Under the pieces are notes generated by a model. It was not told the origin of the DNA. It searched no databases and was given only the letters and a program-made list of their open reading frames with translations. Source: Bacillus subtilis subsp. subtilis str. 168 (GTDB lineage: Bacteria > Bacillota > Bacilli > Bacillales > Bacillaceae). From it: a DNA stretch of 32,000 bases. Every line of letters starts with the position of its first letter. Position 1 is the first letter of the stretch. The translations under genes and the position numbers were made by a program. Of this stretch, positions 30,392 through 32,000 are shown in pieces. Where the stretch lies: NCBI RefSeq assembly GCF_000009045.1, contig NC_000964.3, positions 2,340,001-2,372,000 on the forward strand. Reading direction: 5' to 3'.

Positions 30392-30416
30392 AAGAGGTGA
30401 TATTTGATCACCTCTT
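30392..30416. repeat. Perfect 10-bp inverted repeat between hisC and tyrA
   Basis: AAGAGGTGAT-ATTTG-ATCACCTCTT. Confidence 0.85.
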
Positions 30417-31497
30417 ATAAAATTTCAGCTAAAATGGCAAGTATTTCTTCATTTTGCTCTTTTGTTCCGATCGTAATCCGGAGTGATGTCGGGAAACCTA
30501 ATGCGTTTCCTGACCGGACGATATAGCCTTTTTCCAGCAGAGCCTGAAACAGTTCATCAGCAGGACGTTTAAAGTCAATTAACACAAAATTTGTCTGTGA
30601 AGGGTAGCACTTTAAACCATGAGTTTTCGCAAAATCATAATACTGCTGAAGGCCTGCATTATTTTGCTCGACACAGGAAGCAATAAACGCTTGATCATCA
30701 AGTGCTGCAATCGCCGCAGCCTGGCCCAGACGGCTGGTATTAAACGGCTCTCTCGCCGGCTCAATCTGGCGAATCAGGTTCTCGTCAGCAATTCCGTATC
30801 CGACTCTGAGCGCTGCCAGACCGTATGCCTTTGAAAATGTGCGCAAAATCATCAAATTGGAATACTTGCTTAAGAGCGGCACGGTTTCCGGGTAATCCTC
30901 TGCTGTTACATATTCATAATATGCTTCGTCAAGAACGACAAGGACACGAGAAGGAACGCGCTCCAGAAATGCGAGTAATTCTCCTTCAGATGTATAAGTG
31001 CCAGTCGGATTATTCGGGCTGCATATCCAAACGACTTGTGTCTGTTCGTCGATGGCTTCTAACATGGCGTCTAAATCATGTGAGCCGTCGGGACGAAGTG
31101 CAATTTCACGTACTTCAGCACCTTCAATAACCGCATTATGTTTATATTGCGGAAAAGTGGGGGCAGCAGTAACCGTGTTTGTTTTATCGTTTAAAAATGC
31201 CCGGCAGATGATCTGTATGATTTCATCAGAACCGTTGCCGAAAATAAGTGATGTTTCGCTGACATTGAGGTGCTTACTGAGCCTTGTCCGCAAAGCGGCG
31301 CTATACCCGTCCGGGTAAAGGGCTAGCTGTTGAATCTCATGATGAAGCGCCTCTTTTGCAGCCTCTGAACAGCCGTAAGGATTCTCGTTTGAAGCAAGCT
31401 TCACAACTTTATCCAAGCCATATTCTGATTTCACTGCTTCAATCGGCTTTCCAGGCTGATAAGGCTTCAGCTGTTTTAAATGTTCTTTGATACGCAA
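30415..31497 (-). CDS. hisC: Histidinol-phosphate aminotransferase
   Basis: 360 aa from TTG at 31497 (GAGGTG SD); [10 protein letters not shown]; NPNNPTG-like [10 protein letters not shown]; [16 protein letters not shown]. Confidence 0.95.
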   Translation of the reverse strand: MRIKEHLKQLKPYQPGKPIEAVKSEYGLDKVVKLASNENPYGCSEAAKEALHHEIQQLALYPDGYSAALRTRLSKHLNVSETSLIFGNGSDEIIQIICRAFLNDKTNTVTAAPTFPQYKHNAVIEGAEVREIALRPDGSHDLDAMLEAIDEQTQVVWICSPNNPTGTYTSEGELLAFLERVPSRVLVVLDEAYYEYVTAEDYPETVPLLSKYSNLMILRTFSKAYGLAALRVGYGIADENLIRQIEPAREPFNTSRLGQAAAIAALDDQAFIASCVEQNNAGLQQYYDFAKTHGLKCYPSQTNFVLIDFKRPADELFQALLEKGYIVRSGNALGFPTSLRITIGTKEQNEEILAILAEIL

Positions 31498-31507
31498 ATC
31501 AGTCACC

Positions 31508-32000
31508 TCATTTTAAACTGTACAAGCCGCTAAACGCCATTGCATAATCCTCAAACTCCTGCAGCGCCTGATTTCTCGTTTCAGCGCTGATGAGCCGGTC
31601 CTTTAATTCTTCTATTTTTCTGACGAGCGCACTTCCCACTACGACACCGTCACTAATTTCATTCATCTTTATGACCTGTTCACGGTTTGATATACCGAAC
31701 CCTACAGCAACCGGAACAGTGCTGAGATTCTTCACAGTACGAATGAACGGGTACACGGATGAATTGAACTCATTGCGGACACCGGTCACACCCAGAGAAG
31801 ATACACAGTAGACGAACCCCTCGGCTTGTTCAATAATGGTTTTCAAACGGCTTTCGCTTGTCGGCGCAACTAAAGAAATATACGTCACCTCATGGCTTTT
31901 ACATTCCTCTTGAAGGCTGTTGCTTTCTTCTAATGGCAGATCCGGAACAAGCAGACCGTCAATATGATTTTCCCGCAGTAAAGCGAAAAAGTATTCTTTG
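31508..32000 (-). CDS. trpA: Tryptophan synthase alpha subunit, N-terminal part beyond the window
   Basis: Open frame continues to the window end: ...[74 protein letters not shown]... The track shows only 31508..31888 because it begins at an internal GTG. Confidence 0.95.
   Translation of the reverse strand, partial: KEYFFALLRENHIDGLLVPDLPLEESNSLQEECKSHEVTYISLVAPTSESRLKTIIEQAEGFVYCVSSLGVTGVRNEFNSSVYPFIRTVKNLSTVPVAVGFGISNREQVIKMNEISDGVVVGSALVRKIEELKDRLISAETRNQALQEFEDYAMAFSGLYSLK

Noticed and set aside
1-32000. Search for CRISPR arrays, transposases, integrases, prophage, toxin-antitoxin, defence genes, tRNA or rRNA
   Set aside because: No regularly spaced repeats, no mobile-element or defence domain in any ORF, and gene order matches the conserved Bacillus chromosome. 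The window does not support a claim of a novel system.

Overview
The window reads as a contiguous chromosomal core segment of a Bacillus subtilis-group genome. Nearly all genes are recognisable. On the left, yppC(partial)< recU> ponA> face <ypoC <nth <dnaD <asnS. Continuing rightward on the minus strand are <aspB <ypmB <ypmA, <dinG, <panD <panC <panB, <birA <cca <bshA <bshB1 <mgsA <dapB <ypjD. ypjC> is on the plus strand. Then come <ypjB <ypjA, <qcrC <qcrB <qcrA, <ypiF <ypiB <ypiA and the tail of the trp/aro supraoperon (<aroE <tyrA <hisC <trpA partial). I found no mobile element, prophage, CRISPR array, defence island, biosynthetic cluster, rRNA or tRNA, and no evidence of a new multi-gene system. 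The best non-coding signal is the roughly 205-nt leader of the panBCD operon. It has a strong extended -10 promoter, a hairpin with a bulged A consistent with the known 'pan' RNA motif, a strong intrinsic terminator 54 nt before panB, and a possible 8-bp antiterminator pairing that would compete with that terminator. Smaller points are a duplicated palindrome TTTACNGTAAR upstream of dnaD, a perfect 10-bp hairpin between hisC and tyrA, the acidic Asp/Gln/Asn-rich tail of PonA, and poorly characterised genes (ypiA/ypiB/ypiF, ypjA/ypjB, ypoC) beside well-known operons. Family names are recalled from sequence recognition; no database search was run.
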